This document shows positions 46,818-57,523 of a stretch of 64,000 nt of DNA, in pieces. The translations under genes were made by a program, and so were the position numbers. The stretch is from Rhabdothermincola salaria (GTDB taxonomy: Bacteria > Actinomycetota > Acidimicrobiia > Acidimicrobiales > Acidimicrobilacustridaceae): assembly GCF_021246445.1 (NCBI RefSeq), contig NZ_JAJQXW010000005.1, positions 124,001 to 188,000 on the forward strand, given 5' to 3'. A model generated the notes under the pieces. The model worked only from the letters and a program-made list of their open reading frames with translations. It did not search any database and was not told the DNA's origin. Position 1 is the stretch's first letter. Every line of letters begins with the position of its first letter.

Positions 46818-47978
46818 CTACGACCCCCGCACCCTGCGGAAGAAGCTCCGCACGTCGTCGACGAACAGCCCGGGTTGCTCGAGCGCGGCGAAGTGGCCGC
46901 CCCGGGGCATGTCGGTCCAGTGCACGACGTCGAAGCGTCGCTCCACCCAACGCCGCGAGGGCCGGAAGATCTCCTTGGGGAACAGCGCGCAGCCGGTGGG
47001 CACGGTGACGGGTCGCTCGCCGGTGGGCTCGGTCCGCTTGGGGCCGAACGACTCGTAGTACATGCGTGCCGACGACCCGGCGGTGTCGGTGAGCCAGTAG
47101 AGGGTGACGTTGTCGAGCAACCGGTCGCGGGTGATGACGTTCTCGGGATGGCCGTCGCTGTCGGTCCACGACCAGAACTTCTCGAGGATCCAGGCGGCCT
47201 GGCCCGCCGGCGAGTCGGCGAGCCCGTAGGCGAGCGTCTGGGGCCTGGTCATCTGCTGCTTGGCGTAGCCGGAGTCGACCTGGTCGTAGTGGGTGGCGGC
47301 GTCGAGACCGTCGCGCTCGGCGTCGGTGAGGTCGTCGAGGTCCTCGGGCGAGGGTCCGGCCGCCATCAGGTTGAGGTGCAGGCCGGCGCAGTGCTCGGGG
47401 TCGTGGGCGGCGAGGGCGGTGGACACGAACGAGCCCCAGTCGCCGCCCTGGGCGCCGTAGCGGTCGTAGCCGAGCCGCTCCATCAGTACCGCCCACGCCC
47501 GTGCTGTGCGTTCGACGCCCCATCCCCGCTCGGATGGCCGGTCGGAGAACCCATAGCCGGGCAACGACGGGCACACCACGTGGAAGGCGTCGGCGGCGTC
47601 GCCGCCGTGGGCGGTCGGGTCGGTGAGCGGCCCGATGACGTCGAGGAACTCGACGACCGATCCCGGCCACCCGTGGGTGATCACCAGCGGGAAGGCCTCG
47701 GGGTGCGGCGAGCGCACGTGGAGGAAGTGGACGCCGAGGCCGTCGATGGTCGTGCGGAACTGCTCGAAGTCGTTGAGGGTCTGCTCGAGGCGGCGCCAGT
47801 CGTAGCCCTCGGCCCAGTAGCCACAGACCTCCTGCACGTAGTCGAGGGGGATCCCGTAGTCCCATCCCGCGTCGGGTTGGGCGTCGGGCCAGCGGGTGCG
47901 GCGCAGGCGGAACTGCAGCTCCTCGAGGTCGGCGTCGGGAACCGCGACCCGGAACGGTTCGATCTGTGCGTCGCTCAT
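46818..47978 (-). CDS. Epoxide hydrolase
   Basis: HGWPGS, 'SLPGYGFS', GGDWG, 'GGHFAALE'. Confidence 0.92.
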   Translation of the reverse strand: MSDAQIEPFRVAVPDADLEELQFRLRRTRWPDAQPDAGWDYGIPLDYVQEVCGYWAEGYDWRRLEQTLNDFEQFRTTIDGLGVHFLHVRSPHPEAFPLVITHGWPGSVVEFLDVIGPLTDPTAHGGDAADAFHVVCPSLPGYGFSDRPSERGWGVERTARAWAVLMERLGYDRYGAQGGDWGSFVSTALAAHDPEHCAGLHLNLMAAGPSPEDLDDLTDAERDGLDAATHYDQVDSGYAKQQMTRPQTLAYGLADSPAGQAAWILEKFWSWTDSDGHPENVITRDRLLDNVTLYWLTDTAGSSARMYYESFGPKRTEPTGERPVTVPTGCALFPKEIFRPSRRWVERRFDVVHWTDMPRGGHFAALEQPGLFVDDVRSFFRRVRGS

Positions 47979-49675
47979 CGGGCGTCTCCCCCGTTGCCGA
48001 TCACCCGGCCGGGGAGTGCGCCGGTGAGCCGGCCGCCCAGCTGCACCGCCTCGCCGGCGACCAACGTGGCCCGGTAGCCGCCCTCGGGGCGCCGCAGTCG
48101 CGCCCCGCCGCCCGGGAGGTCCTCGACGAACACGTCGTCGTCGTAGTGGAGCTCGTCCAGCGCGAACACCACCAGGTCGGCGATGGCGCCCTCGACGACC
48201 GTTCCCCGCTGGGCGAAGCCGAAGACGGCCGCCTGCCGCCCGGTGAGCTCGTGCACCGCCTGCTCGAGGCCGAGGCCGAGGTCGCCGCGCTCGCGTACGT
48301 GGCGCGTCAGCAAGAGGGTGGGATCGCCCGACGCGCACAGCATCTGCATGTGGGCGCCGGCGTCGGAGGAGCTGATGAGCACCGAGGGATCGGCGAGGGT
48401 GTGACCGACGCCGTCGACGTCGGCGTTGGCCACGCCCACGGCGACCACGCCCGGGTGGCAGTCGTTGGCCAGGACGAAGTCGGCGAAGACGTCCGACGGG
48501 TGCCCGCCCCGCTCCGCCACCAGGTCGGCGAGCGTGCGGCCCAGCCAGGGTTCCTGGTCGGCGCGGTGCACCTCGACGAAGCGGACCTTCTCCAGGGCGT
48601 GGATCGGGAACATCGAGCGCTCCGTGCGGTCCCACTCGGCCCGGGCGGTGTCGCGCCACGCCGGGTCGGCCAACAGCCGCGCCTTCTCCGCCGGGTCGGC
48701 GGCGATCACCCGATGCCAGCCCTCGGGCATCGACATGAACATCATCGACGACGACCAGTTCAACCGGAAGTCGACCGTACGGGGGGAGAGCTGCGGGTAG
48801 CTCTCGACGCCCTCCTCGGCGAGCGAGCGGGTGAGCTCGAGCCAGCGCTGCGTGTTGGGCCCGGGGTTGTAGGTGAAGCCGGTCCAGGTGAGCGGTATCG
48901 AGCGGTGCCCGCAGCGTCGGGCCAGGTCGGTGAGCGCCGCGGCGGCGTCGGGCCCGAGCAGGTCGGGGACGTACTCGAGGACGCCACGCCCTTGGCGCGC
49001 GAGGACGTCGAGGAGGGCGTCGAACTCGGCGCCGTCGGCATGGCGGGACGGCACCGGCCGGCCGTCCTTGGCCACGTCGAGCGCCGAGGTGGACAGGCCC
49101 CATGCTCCGGCGGCCATGGCCTCGTCCAACATGGCGGCCATGGCGTCGCGCTCACCCTCGTCGGCCGGTCGTTCCCAGGCCGCCGGCCCCATGGCCTCGA
49201 GGCGCAGCATGCTGTGGCCCACGAGCGGGGCGAGGTTGGCGCCGGCACCGGTGGCGTTGACGGCATCTCGGTACCCGCTGAACTGGTTCCACGTCCACGG
49301 GACGCTGTCGTCGAAGAGGTGGCGGGGCACGTCCTCGATGTAGGCGAACAGGTCGGCCACCTCGGCTCGGGTGCGATCGCTCACCGGGAACAGGGTGAGG
49401 CTGCAGTTCCCGATCAGCATCGTGGTGACGCCGTGGAGGGGCTCGGGGTCGAGCGTGGGATCCCAGAACACCTGCGGATCGGTGTGGGCATGGGTGTCGA
49501 TGAACCCCGGCGTCACGAGCGCCCCGGAGGCGTCGAGCTCGTCCTCCCCGTCGGGGGTGAGGTCGGGGCCGACCTCGGCGATGCGCCCGCCCCGCACCCG
49601 CACGTCGGCCTGGAACCGCTCGCGGCCGGTGCCGTCGACGACCTCACCGCCACGGATCAACTTGTCGGTCGTCAC
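47975..49675 (-). CDS. Amidohydrolase (N-acyl-D-amino-acid deacylase family)
   Basis: 'PGFIDTHAH', 'HGVTT..IGNC', 'SDAGAH', 'ADLVVF'. Confidence 0.88.
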   Translation of the reverse strand: MTTDKLIRGGEVVDGTGRERFQADVRVRGGRIAEVGPDLTPDGEDELDASGALVTPGFIDTHAHTDPQVFWDPTLDPEPLHGVTTMLIGNCSLTLFPVSDRTRAEVADLFAYIEDVPRHLFDDSVPWTWNQFSGYRDAVNATGAGANLAPLVGHSMLRLEAMGPAAWERPADEGERDAMAAMLDEAMAAGAWGLSTSALDVAKDGRPVPSRHADGAEFDALLDVLARQGRGVLEYVPDLLGPDAAAALTDLARRCGHRSIPLTWTGFTYNPGPNTQRWLELTRSLAEEGVESYPQLSPRTVDFRLNWSSSMMFMSMPEGWHRVIAADPAEKARLLADPAWRDTARAEWDRTERSMFPIHALEKVRFVEVHRADQEPWLGRTLADLVAERGGHPSDVFADFVLANDCHPGVVAVGVANADVDGVGHTLADPSVLISSSDAGAHMQMLCASGDPTLLLTRHVRERGDLGLGLEQAVHELTGRQAAVFGFAQRGTVVEGAIADLVVFALDELHYDDDVFVEDLPGGGARLRRPEGGYRATLVAGEAVQLGGRLTGALPGRVIGNGGDAR

Positions 49676-49896
49676 GCGTCACTCCTGATCCGGGCCCGCG
49701 GCGGGCGAGGTGGGTGGCCTGGACCAGGGCGACCGGGAGCACGAGAGCTCGTGGCTGCGGCGCCCCCGGGACCTCGGCCGCAGGTCGGCGAGGCCCAGGA
49801 GGACGCTCGCCGGGCACGAGCCTCGCACAGCGGCGCGGACGACGTCGGGGTCGTGAGCGTCGGGGTCGATCAGCCGCCCCCGGAGGCACCCGGCTC

Positions 49897-49990
49897 CGAC
49901 CCCAGCATCATGGAGGAGAGCAAGTACGCCATGGGCATGACCCAGAAGTACGGCAACAAGGCCGAGATGCTGATCGGCGACGAGGCCTGA
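49897..49990 (+). pseudogene. Orphan copy of 3' end of the EthD-like gene
   Basis: 94 bp matching 59874-59967 with 5 mismatches, ending at the same stop. Confidence 0.85.
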
Positions 49991-50023
49991 ACCAAGGGGC
50001 CCGGTCCGGCCCCGCCACGGTCG

Positions 50024-50635
50024 TCAGCGGTCGCTGCGATCGAGCCACTTCTCGTTGGACGGTGGCTGCCACGTCGCCATCTGCTCGAGGAGCTGACGCG
50101 GGTCGTCGTCGGTGATGACCATGGCTCGATGCTGCGAGCTGATGAAGCGGCTCTCGGTCGCGGAGTCGATGAAGTCGACCAGCGGGGTGAAGAACCCGTT
50201 CACATCGAGAACTGCGCACGGTTTGGAGTGGATGCCGAGCTGCGTCCAGGTGACGGCCTCGAAGAACTCATCGAGCGTGCCGAAGCCACCGGGAAGCATC
50301 AGGAAGCCGTCGGCGAGATCGGACATGCGAGCTTTCCGTTCGTGCATCGTGTCGACGACGTCGAGCCTCGTGAGACCTCGGTGGGCGACCTCGCGGTCAC
50401 GAAGCGCCGTGGTGATGACCCCGTGCACCTCGCCGCCTGCGGCGAGGACGGCATCGGCCAGCCTCCCCATGAGCCCGACGTGCCCGCCGCCGTAGACCAA
50501 TCGGAGCCCCTGCTCGACCATCAGGCCTCCCAGCTCCTCGGCGACCGAAGCGAAACGAGGATCGGCTCCAGGACTGGACCCGCAGAACACGCACAGAGAG
50601 GAGAGCTCTCCTGGCGACGGGTTCCCGATGGTCAT
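50024..50635 (-). CDS. LOG family protein (TIGR00730-type)
   Basis: 'CVFCGSS', 'LVYGGGHVGLMG', 'MHERK', PGGFGTLDE. Confidence 0.92.
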   Translation of the reverse strand: MTIGNPSPGELSSLCVFCGSSPGADPRFASVAEELGGLMVEQGLRLVYGGGHVGLMGRLADAVLAAGGEVHGVITTALRDREVAHRGLTRLDVVDTMHERKARMSDLADGFLMLPGGFGTLDEFFEAVTWTQLGIHSKPCAVLDVNGFFTPLVDFIDSATESRFISSQHRAMVITDDDPRQLLEQMATWQPPSNEKWLDRSDR

Positions 50636-50769
50636 CCGGGCGATCGTAACGGGCTCGAATCGAGCTCTCCTCTGCACACCTCCCGTCGATCTGAGCGGCA
50701 CGCGCACGCGCAGCCATGTCCGTCGGGGGCAGCGCGGCCGACGTGGCGCTGTCAGGGGATCGAGGGCAC

Positions 50770-52980
50770 CTATCGGAGACGAGGTTGTTCGGTGGCGCTG
50801 TCGTCGGCCTCCACGTCGGCGATCCGGCGAGCTCGCTCGATGGGTACCTCGGCCGCCGGGGTGGGACGGCCGAAGAAGTAGCCCTGACCGAACGTGCAGC
50901 CCATGGACTCGAGCAGCAGGTGCTGCCACTGGGTCTCGATCCCCTCGGCCACGGCGACCAGACCGAGCTCGGCGGCGAGCGAGAGGATGGACCGGACGAT
51001 GGCGTTGTCGTTGCCCCCGCTCCCCATGCCGGCCACGAAGCTGCGGTCGATCTTCAGGGTGTGCACCGGAAAGCTCTGCAGGTAGGTGAGGCTCGCCCAG
51101 CCGGTACCGAAGTCGTCGATGGACACGCCCACGCCGAGCCCGACCAAGGTCCGCAGGGCGTGGGACGCCTTGTCGAGCTCCTCGACGAGTGCGGTCTCGG
51201 TGATCTCGAGCCACAGATGGGCGGGATCGAAACCCGATGCTCGAATGATCTCGCTGAACCGCTCGGCCAGACCCGGGTCGGCCAGCTGTCGCGTCGACAC
51301 GTTCACGGCGAGCCCGATGTCGATGCCGGAGCGACGCCACTGTGCGGCCTGACGGCAGGCGGCGTCGAGCACGATCTCGCCCAGTTCCACGATGAGGCCC
51401 GTCCGCTCGGCCGTCTCGAGGAACTCCGCCGGTGCGAGGGTGCCGCGTTCGGGATGCTCCCAGCGCACCAGCGCCTCGACCGTCAGGACGTGCCCGTCGG
51501 TGAGATCGATGACCGGCTGGTAGTGGACCACGAACTCGTCGTCGGCGATGCCCTGCTTGACCCGGGCGGCGAGGGCGGTGTCCAGCTCCAACATCCGCAT
51601 GTGTCCGGCCACTTCGACGGGCCGGTTGACGGAGACGACGCCGATCGGCTCGCCCCCGTGATCACGCAGGAGGGTCTGCGAGCCCAGGATCTCGACCGTC
51701 GAGCCGTCGCGGGTGACCTGCCGGACCGTGCCGTGCCATCGGCCCGTCCGTTCGAGCTGGTCCCGCGCCTCGGCCGGCTGTCCGCCGTCCCCCACGCTCC
51801 GCAGCACGTCGAGGACGTGTCGCCCGAGCACCGCATCCTCGGACCATCCGTAGAGACGTTCTGCCGCGTGGTTCCAGCTCTGGATGTGGGAGTGCAGGTC
51901 GGTGATGACCACGGCATCGCCGACCTCGGCGAGGACGCCGGTGACCAGCCCGCGGAGCCGGTCTGGTGCATCGGTCACGGCCGTGACCTCCACCCGCCGC
52001 GCCTGCTCGCCGTGCCAGTCCACTGCTGTCGATGACACCTCGGCCACGACCATCTCGCCGTCACTTCGGCGGATCTGCATGATCTCCGACCGGCGGACAT
52101 GGCCGGCCTCGATCTCTTCCCGGCGCGCCGCCACTGCCGCCTCCGACGTCGGCGCGGCCAGATCCTGGATGTTCTTCCCCACCAGGGTCGCCCGGTCGGA
52201 CCCGCCGATGAGATCCTGGGCTGCGTCGTCCGCGAACACGATGAGGCCGTCGACGTGGACGATCACTCCCTCACGGGGCAGTGGAGGCGCAACCGCCCGG
52301 GGCACGTCGTGCGGGGCCGGCAGATCCAGTCGGTAGCCGGCCCCGGGAACGGTGACCAGGACCGCTGGGGCACCAGGATCGGTCTCGATCTTCTCGCGCA
52401 GCCGCCGGATGTGCTCGGTCACCGTCGCGGGCTGCTGCCGCTCCGATACCGAGCGCCACACGGCATGGAGGAGCTGCTTGTGGCTGAACACGTGGCCTGG
52501 ACGCACGGCCAGGTAGGCGAGCAGAGCGAACTCCTTCGCGGTGAGGTCGACGACCTCGCCGCCGCACGTGACCTGCCGAGAGCCCAGATCGATGTCGCAG
52601 CGCCCGAGCTGGATGCGGGTGTCGCTTCGGACGTTCCGCCGACGCCGCACCGCCAGCACCCGTTCGGTCAGCTCTTGGAGGAAGAAGGGCTTCAGGACGT
52701 AGTCGTCCGCGCCCCGCTGCAGCGCGTCCACGCGGTCGGCCTCGGCGGTCGAGTCACCCAGGACGATGACGTGCGCAGTGGACCCCGACTCCCGGAGCAC
52801 GTCGACGAGGTCCAACCCCGACACCGCCGGCAGCGCCAGATCCAGGATCACCACCAAGAAGGACTGCAGCTCGATGGCGGTCGTTGCCTCCGCCGCCGTC
52901 CCGGCGACGGCCACCTGGATGCCACGGTCTTGGAGCTGGTCCCGGAGGTCTGGCTCTGCGCCGACGATCAGCGCGTCCAT
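50770..52980 (-). CDS. REC-winged helix-PAS-PAS-EAL signalling protein
   Basis: REC 'ILDLALP...GADDYVLKPF'; wHTH 'LTAKEFALL...HIRRLREKIE...GAGYRL'; PAS 'WNHAAERLYGW'; EAL 'EALVRW', 'DDFGTG', 'KIDRSF', 'EGIET'. Confidence 0.88.
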   Translation of the reverse strand: MDALIVGAEPDLRDQLQDRGIQVAVAGTAAEATTAIELQSFLVVILDLALPAVSGLDLVDVLRESGSTAHVIVLGDSTAEADRVDALQRGADDYVLKPFFLQELTERVLAVRRRRNVRSDTRIQLGRCDIDLGSRQVTCGGEVVDLTAKEFALLAYLAVRPGHVFSHKQLLHAVWRSVSERQQPATVTEHIRRLREKIETDPGAPAVLVTVPGAGYRLDLPAPHDVPRAVAPPLPREGVIVHVDGLIVFADDAAQDLIGGSDRATLVGKNIQDLAAPTSEAAVAARREEIEAGHVRRSEIMQIRRSDGEMVVAEVSSTAVDWHGEQARRVEVTAVTDAPDRLRGLVTGVLAEVGDAVVITDLHSHIQSWNHAAERLYGWSEDAVLGRHVLDVLRSVGDGGQPAEARDQLERTGRWHGTVRQVTRDGSTVEILGSQTLLRDHGGEPIGVVSVNRPVEVAGHMRMLELDTALAARVKQGIADDEFVVHYQPVIDLTDGHVLTVEALVRWEHPERGTLAPAEFLETAERTGLIVELGEIVLDAACRQAAQWRRSGIDIGLAVNVSTRQLADPGLAERFSEIIRASGFDPAHLWLEITETALVEELDKASHALRTLVGLGVGVSIDDFGTGWASLTYLQSFPVHTLKIDRSFVAGMGSGGNDNAIVRSILSLAAELGLVAVAEGIETQWQHLLLESMGCTFGQGYFFGRPTPAAEVPIERARRIADVEADDSATEQPRLR

Positions 52981-53552
52981 CGGCCCGCTGTTCCCGAGAT
53001 CCCCGTCCCCGACGCTCGCACCATCGTCGTGGGCGAGCGATTCTCGTTCGGCCAGGACCGCAAGCGGGTCGAGACGTCGATCTGCCGGTGCTCGACAACG
53101 AGGAACTCGGACACGAGGCCGCCTTCTGATGACCTGGGCGCCCCCACCAGGAAACCCTCGCGGGCGAGCGTGCGAGCAACGCTAACAGGGGCGGTCCGCA
53201 CCCGACGGCCCGCGCCGAGGCGGTGAGACCTGCCGATGATCGCCGAGGCGACGGCCGAGCTCGACCTCTCGGGTGTCTCGAGCGCCGACATCGTGATGGC
53301 CGGCAGTGGGCCGGGGCAGACGGAGAACGCGTACCGGTTCGAGCTGGCGGACGTCACGTTCTGATCGCGCCGTTGAGCTCGGGTCCGCTCGTGGGTGTCC
53401 GATCGCTGGTCGACCCCTCCATCCGGGGCCTCAGCTCCGATGGGACTCGCCAAGATGACGTCGCACGCCAAGACGGCGTTCAGCGGCCCGCCGCGAGGCA
53501 GCGACGTCGTAGGCCACCCATGAGGAGGCAGGCCCGGGAATATGTTGTGGTC

Positions 53553-54299
53553 ATGGAGGACCTCGAGAACGTGCGGATCGCCGACGAGGACCGGGTGCGG
53601 ACGATCTCGATGCACCGTCCCGAGCGGCTCAACGCCTTCGACGGTGGCCTGGTGGTGGACCTGGCCGCCGCCCTCGAGGCGGCGGCCGGCGAACCCGAGG
53701 TGCGCGTCGTGGTGGTGACCGGGAGCGGACGAGCGTTCAGCACCGGCGCCGACCTCAAGGCCCTGGCCGAGCCCCGACCGGAGGAGGGCGGCCCAAGGGA
53801 GACCGGGGACGGCAACGGCTTCGACCGGCTCCTCGACACGCTGGCCGACTTCCCCAAGCCCCTCCTGATGGCCGTGAACGGCTATGCGGTCGGGTTCGGC
53901 ATGACGATGCTCGCCTTCGCCGACGTCGTGTTCATGTCGACCGAGGCGCGCCTGCGTTGCCCGTTCACGGAGCTCGGGGCCCCGACCGAGGCCGGCTCCA
54001 GCTATCTGTTCCCGCAGCTGCTCGGTCGCCAGCAAGCGGCGTGGACGTTGCTGTCGTCGGAGTGGATCACCGCCGACGAGGCCAAGGGGATGGGGCTGGC
54101 CTGGCAGCTCTGCGAGCCCGAGGACCTGCTGGCCGTCACCCATGACCACGCCCAGCGGCTGGCGATCCACTCCCTGGAGGCGCTGTCGTCGGTGAAGCGG
54201 CTCCTGAACGCCCCGGAGCGAGCGGAGCTCGCCGCCGCCTTCGGGCGGGAGCGCGAGGCGTTGGCGGTGTTCGTCGCCGGGTTCTCGTCGCCCCGCTGA
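53553..54299 (+). CDS. Enoyl-CoA hydratase/isomerase
   Basis: 'RPERLNA', 'AFSTGADL', 'AVNGYAVGFG'; TATGTT 6 nt before ATG. Confidence 0.9.
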   Translation: MEDLENVRIADEDRVRTISMHRPERLNAFDGGLVVDLAAALEAAAGEPEVRVVVVTGSGRAFSTGADLKALAEPRPEEGGPRETGDGNGFDRLLDTLADFPKPLLMAVNGYAVGFGMTMLAFADVVFMSTEARLRCPFTELGAPTEAGSSYLFPQLLGRQQAAWTLLSSEWITADEAKGMGLAWQLCEPEDLLAVTHDHAQRLAIHSLEALSSVKRLLNAPERAELAAAFGREREALAVFVAGFSSPR

Positions 54300-54353
54300 C
54301 CGCGACTGCACTTCCGGGCGGACGGACATGACATCGGTCACTACGCTCGGACC

Positions 54354-55484
54354 ATGTCCGACACGGCCACGCCCGACGGCTCCACCGAGCCCCACGCCCC
54401 GAAGACCACGGTCGATCGCAGCTCCTACGCGTCGGGGCTGGCCAGGTGGTTCGAACAGCGAGACGACGGTCGTCGCGACATCGAGGTCAGCGGCGTCGAC
54501 ATCCCGATGGCGACCGGCTTCTCCAACGAGACCGCGTTCTTCGAGCTCGACTGGAACGACGACGACGGTGCCCACCACCAGCGCTACGTCGCCCGCATCG
54601 AGCCCGGGACCGGACCGCTCTTCCCGCCGCAGACCGCCGCCACCGCGGTCTCGGTCGGGCTGCAGTACCGCATCATGGCCACCGTTCGTGAGTACGGCAT
54701 CCCCGTCCCGCCGGTGGTCGACTACGAGCCCGGCTCGTCGGCGCTGGGCAACCCGTTCTTCGTCATGGAGTTCGTCGACGGGGTGATCCCGTCCGACACG
54801 CCCCGCTACAGCCAGGCCGGCTTCATCGTCGACGAGGCCACTCCCGAGGAGCGGCGGCGGATGGTCCGCACCGGGTTGGAGGCCATGGCGGCCATCCATG
54901 CCATCGACTGGCGCGCCGCAGGGCTCGACTGGCTCGACACTTCCACCGACGGCAACCCCACCCAGGCCGACCAGCTGCGCCTGTACCGGTCGTGGGTCGA
55001 CCACCACCTCGCCGGTCGGCCGCACCCCGTGATCGACCGGGCACTCGACTGGCTGTCGGCCAACGACCCGCAGGACGAGCGCATCGGGCTCATCTGGGGC
55101 GACAGCCGGCTGGGCAACATCATCTGGAAGGACTACTCGCCCGCCGCGGTGGTCGACTGGGAGGCCTGCGCCCTCTCGCCCGGCGAGGCCGACCTCGGTT
55201 GGTGGCTGATGTTCGATCGCATGTCGTTCGACGACCTGGGTGCGCCTCGCCCCGAGGGGTTCCCCACCCGCGAGGAGATGGTCACGATGTACGAGGAGGC
55301 GTCGGGCCGAGAGGTCCGCCACCCCGGGTACTGGGAGATCTTCGGGGCGATGCGCTTCTGCGCCATCATGATCCCGCTCGGCGACCGCATGGTCGCCGCC
55401 GGGCTGATGCCGGCCGAGGCATCGATGGCCGTCGAGAACGACGTCACCGCGGCGGTCGCCCGCCTGCTCGACCAGTTCGCCTGA
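54354..55484 (+). CDS. APH-like phosphotransferase
   Basis: 'GFSNET', 'PFFVMEFVDG', 'WGDSRLGN', 'VVDWE'. Confidence 0.88.
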   Translation: MSDTATPDGSTEPHAPKTTVDRSSYASGLARWFEQRDDGRRDIEVSGVDIPMATGFSNETAFFELDWNDDDGAHHQRYVARIEPGTGPLFPPQTAATAVSVGLQYRIMATVREYGIPVPPVVDYEPGSSALGNPFFVMEFVDGVIPSDTPRYSQAGFIVDEATPEERRRMVRTGLEAMAAIHAIDWRAAGLDWLDTSTDGNPTQADQLRLYRSWVDHHLAGRPHPVIDRALDWLSANDPQDERIGLIWGDSRLGNIIWKDYSPAAVVDWEACALSPGEADLGWWLMFDRMSFDDLGAPRPEGFPTREEMVTMYEEASGREVRHPGYWEIFGAMRFCAIMIPLGDRMVAAGLMPAEASMAVENDVTAAVARLLDQFA

Positions 55485-55696
55485 GATCCGAGCCGAGCCC
55501 GGGCGACGAGCCGCTCGAGCTCGTACTCGACTGGTCGGCGCACGGCATCCACGAACAGAACGTTCGACCTCGACGTGGCGGCCCGCGAGATGCTGACGCC
55601 GCCGAGAGCACGATCGGCCTGGCGTCGTCGGGGTGAGACCCCTGGCCAACGGGTACGAGACGGGTGGATCATGCAACCGAGCAACGGGAGGCAAGC

Positions 55697-56797
55697 GTGC
55701 GACGTCCGCTCTCGGGCCTGTGCACTGCGTTCGTCCTGGTCCTGGTCCTGGCCGCCTGCGGCGGCGACGAGGAAGACGACGCGTCCCCGACCACCGAGCC
55801 GCCGAGTTCGACGACCACCGACGCACCGGACGGCACCGAGCCGTCCGAGGACACGGACGCCTGGCAGCCGTGTGAGAGCTCGGCGGGATTCTCGTTGTCG
55901 TACCCGGCCGATTGGGAGACGAACGCCGGCGACGTCGTCGGCCCGTGTTCGCAGTTCGATCCGGAGCCCTTCGAGGTGCCCGAGGCGACCGACGAGCGCG
56001 TGGCGGTGATCAACGCCTACGTCGACCCGGTGGGCTTCGCCGATGCCGCCGCCCCTGGTTCGGACCGGATGGAGACCGAGCGCGCGACGACGGTCGTCGA
56101 CGGCCGTCAGACCGTGCGCCTGGAGGGGCCGGCCAGCGAGCTCTTCGGCGAGGGAACCACGGCGGTGCGCTACCTCGTGGACGTTCCGTCCGGCGACGAC
56201 GGGCAGCCGCGCACGCTGGTCGTCGATGCGGTGGAGCGGGCCGGCGGTGACTTCGACCGGGCGGTCGAGGTGCTCGACCGGATGGTCCGCAGCATCGACA
56301 TCGGAGGCGCGGACGGCATCGTCGATGGGCAGACCGTGGTCGCCCGCTACGGCGGCGGGGGAACCCCCTTCGCCGCAGGGGTGGAGCCCCGCGACGGCGA
56401 GCACTGCCTCACCGTGCCGTTGGAGGGCGACTCGGTCGAGGAGTGCTTCTCGGTCGGCGGTCCCGACGACGTTCGCGTCGCCGACCTCAGCGGCGATCTG
56501 CTCCCCGTGCTCGGCGGCATCACCGGCGCCGACGTGTTCCGCGTCGACGTGGAGCGCGCCGACGGCACCACGTTCTCGACGCTGCCGGTCCCCGTCGAGG
56601 ACGGCGGAGCCCGAGGCTTCGCCGTACCGGTCGACCCTGACGAGGTGACAGGGCTCTCGTGGTCGTCAATGGACGGGACCCAGCTCGGATCCCGGGATCT
56701 CGATGCGGAGAGTGACGTCGAACCCGTCGTGGGGCTCGAGTCGCCGTCCGTCGCCGGTGCGTCGTACCCGGCTGCTGGTTCCGCAGCGGCATGGTGA
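55697..56797 (+). CDS. Putative lipoprotein
   Basis: GGAGG RBS, lipobox LAAC, Thr/Pro linker, 'GFSLSYPADW'. Confidence 0.75.
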   Translation: MRRPLSGLCTAFVLVLVLAACGGDEEDDASPTTEPPSSTTTDAPDGTEPSEDTDAWQPCESSAGFSLSYPADWETNAGDVVGPCSQFDPEPFEVPEATDERVAVINAYVDPVGFADAAAPGSDRMETERATTVVDGRQTVRLEGPASELFGEGTTAVRYLVDVPSGDDGQPRTLVVDAVERAGGDFDRAVEVLDRMVRSIDIGGADGIVDGQTVVARYGGGGTPFAAGVEPRDGEHCLTVPLEGDSVEECFSVGGPDDVRVADLSGDLLPVLGGITGADVFRVDVERADGTTFSTLPVPVEDGGARGFAVPVDPDEVTGLSWSSMDGTQLGSRDLDAESDVEPVVGLESPSVAGASYPAAGSAAAW

Positions 56798-57243
56798 ACG
56801 CGGCACAGGAGGACCGACCTCGGGACCATGGGCGCAGACCAGTCCTCCACCCCGTCCGGACGTTGGGCACGGCACTCGTGGGCGGCACGGTCGGCGCGGC
56901 GGTCGTCGGGGGGGTCGTCGGGTACGTCGTCGCCGACGGAGGAGGGCTGGCGACGCTGGGAGCCGTGATCGTCGCAGCTGTGCTCGGGGCGCTGGGTGGC
57001 GTCTCGGTCGCCATGGCCATCGAGCTGCGTGATCGACCGCTGCGGTCTCGAGGGACGACGATCCTGACGGTGCTCGTCGTGGGTCCACCGCTGTGCGCGC
57101 TCGTCGCGTGGGGTATCGCACAGACAGAGCTCTTCGGCGAGGTCGACACCCGACATCTCTTCGTCGTGTGGATCGGGATCGTGCTGCCGGCGACGGCGCT
57201 GTTGGGCCGTTGGTTCTCATCCAGGACGTCGCCCGACCCCTGA
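56791..57243 (+). CDS. Four-TM membrane protein
   Basis: Four hydrophobic segments; overlaps lipoprotein stop. Confidence 0.65.
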   Translation: MVNAAQEDRPRDHGRRPVLHPVRTLGTALVGGTVGAAVVGGVVGYVVADGGGLATLGAVIVAAVLGALGGVSVAMAIELRDRPLRSRGTTILTVLVVGPPLCALVAWGIAQTELFGEVDTRHLFVVWIGIVLPATALLGRWFSSRTSPDP

Positions 57244-57523
57244 CGCTCGTGGTTGCGAGAGCCACGCAGCGGCATTCCGGGAGCGGCGCAGGGTCGTCCC
57301 GGTGCCTGCCGAGTACTCCTTCGTGGCCGAGGAAGCCTCCAGCCCGCAACCTGCACGTCAGCGCAGCCCTCTCCCGACTGCTCGACCAGTTCGCCTGAGA
57401 TCTGCGCCGAGACGGTGGGGTCGGGGGTCGAGGTGGTCCTTCCCGGCGAGCTGCGGGAGACGATGGCCGGCATCGGTCGCCGCATCGCCGCGCTCCACGG
57501 TTCGCGCTGACGGCGACGACGTC

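Noticed and set aside
47966..49990. 674-aa plus-strand ORF ending in the EthD-like tail
   Set aside because: Antisense to the amidohydrolase; only the last ~30 codons are meaningful (duplicated fragment)
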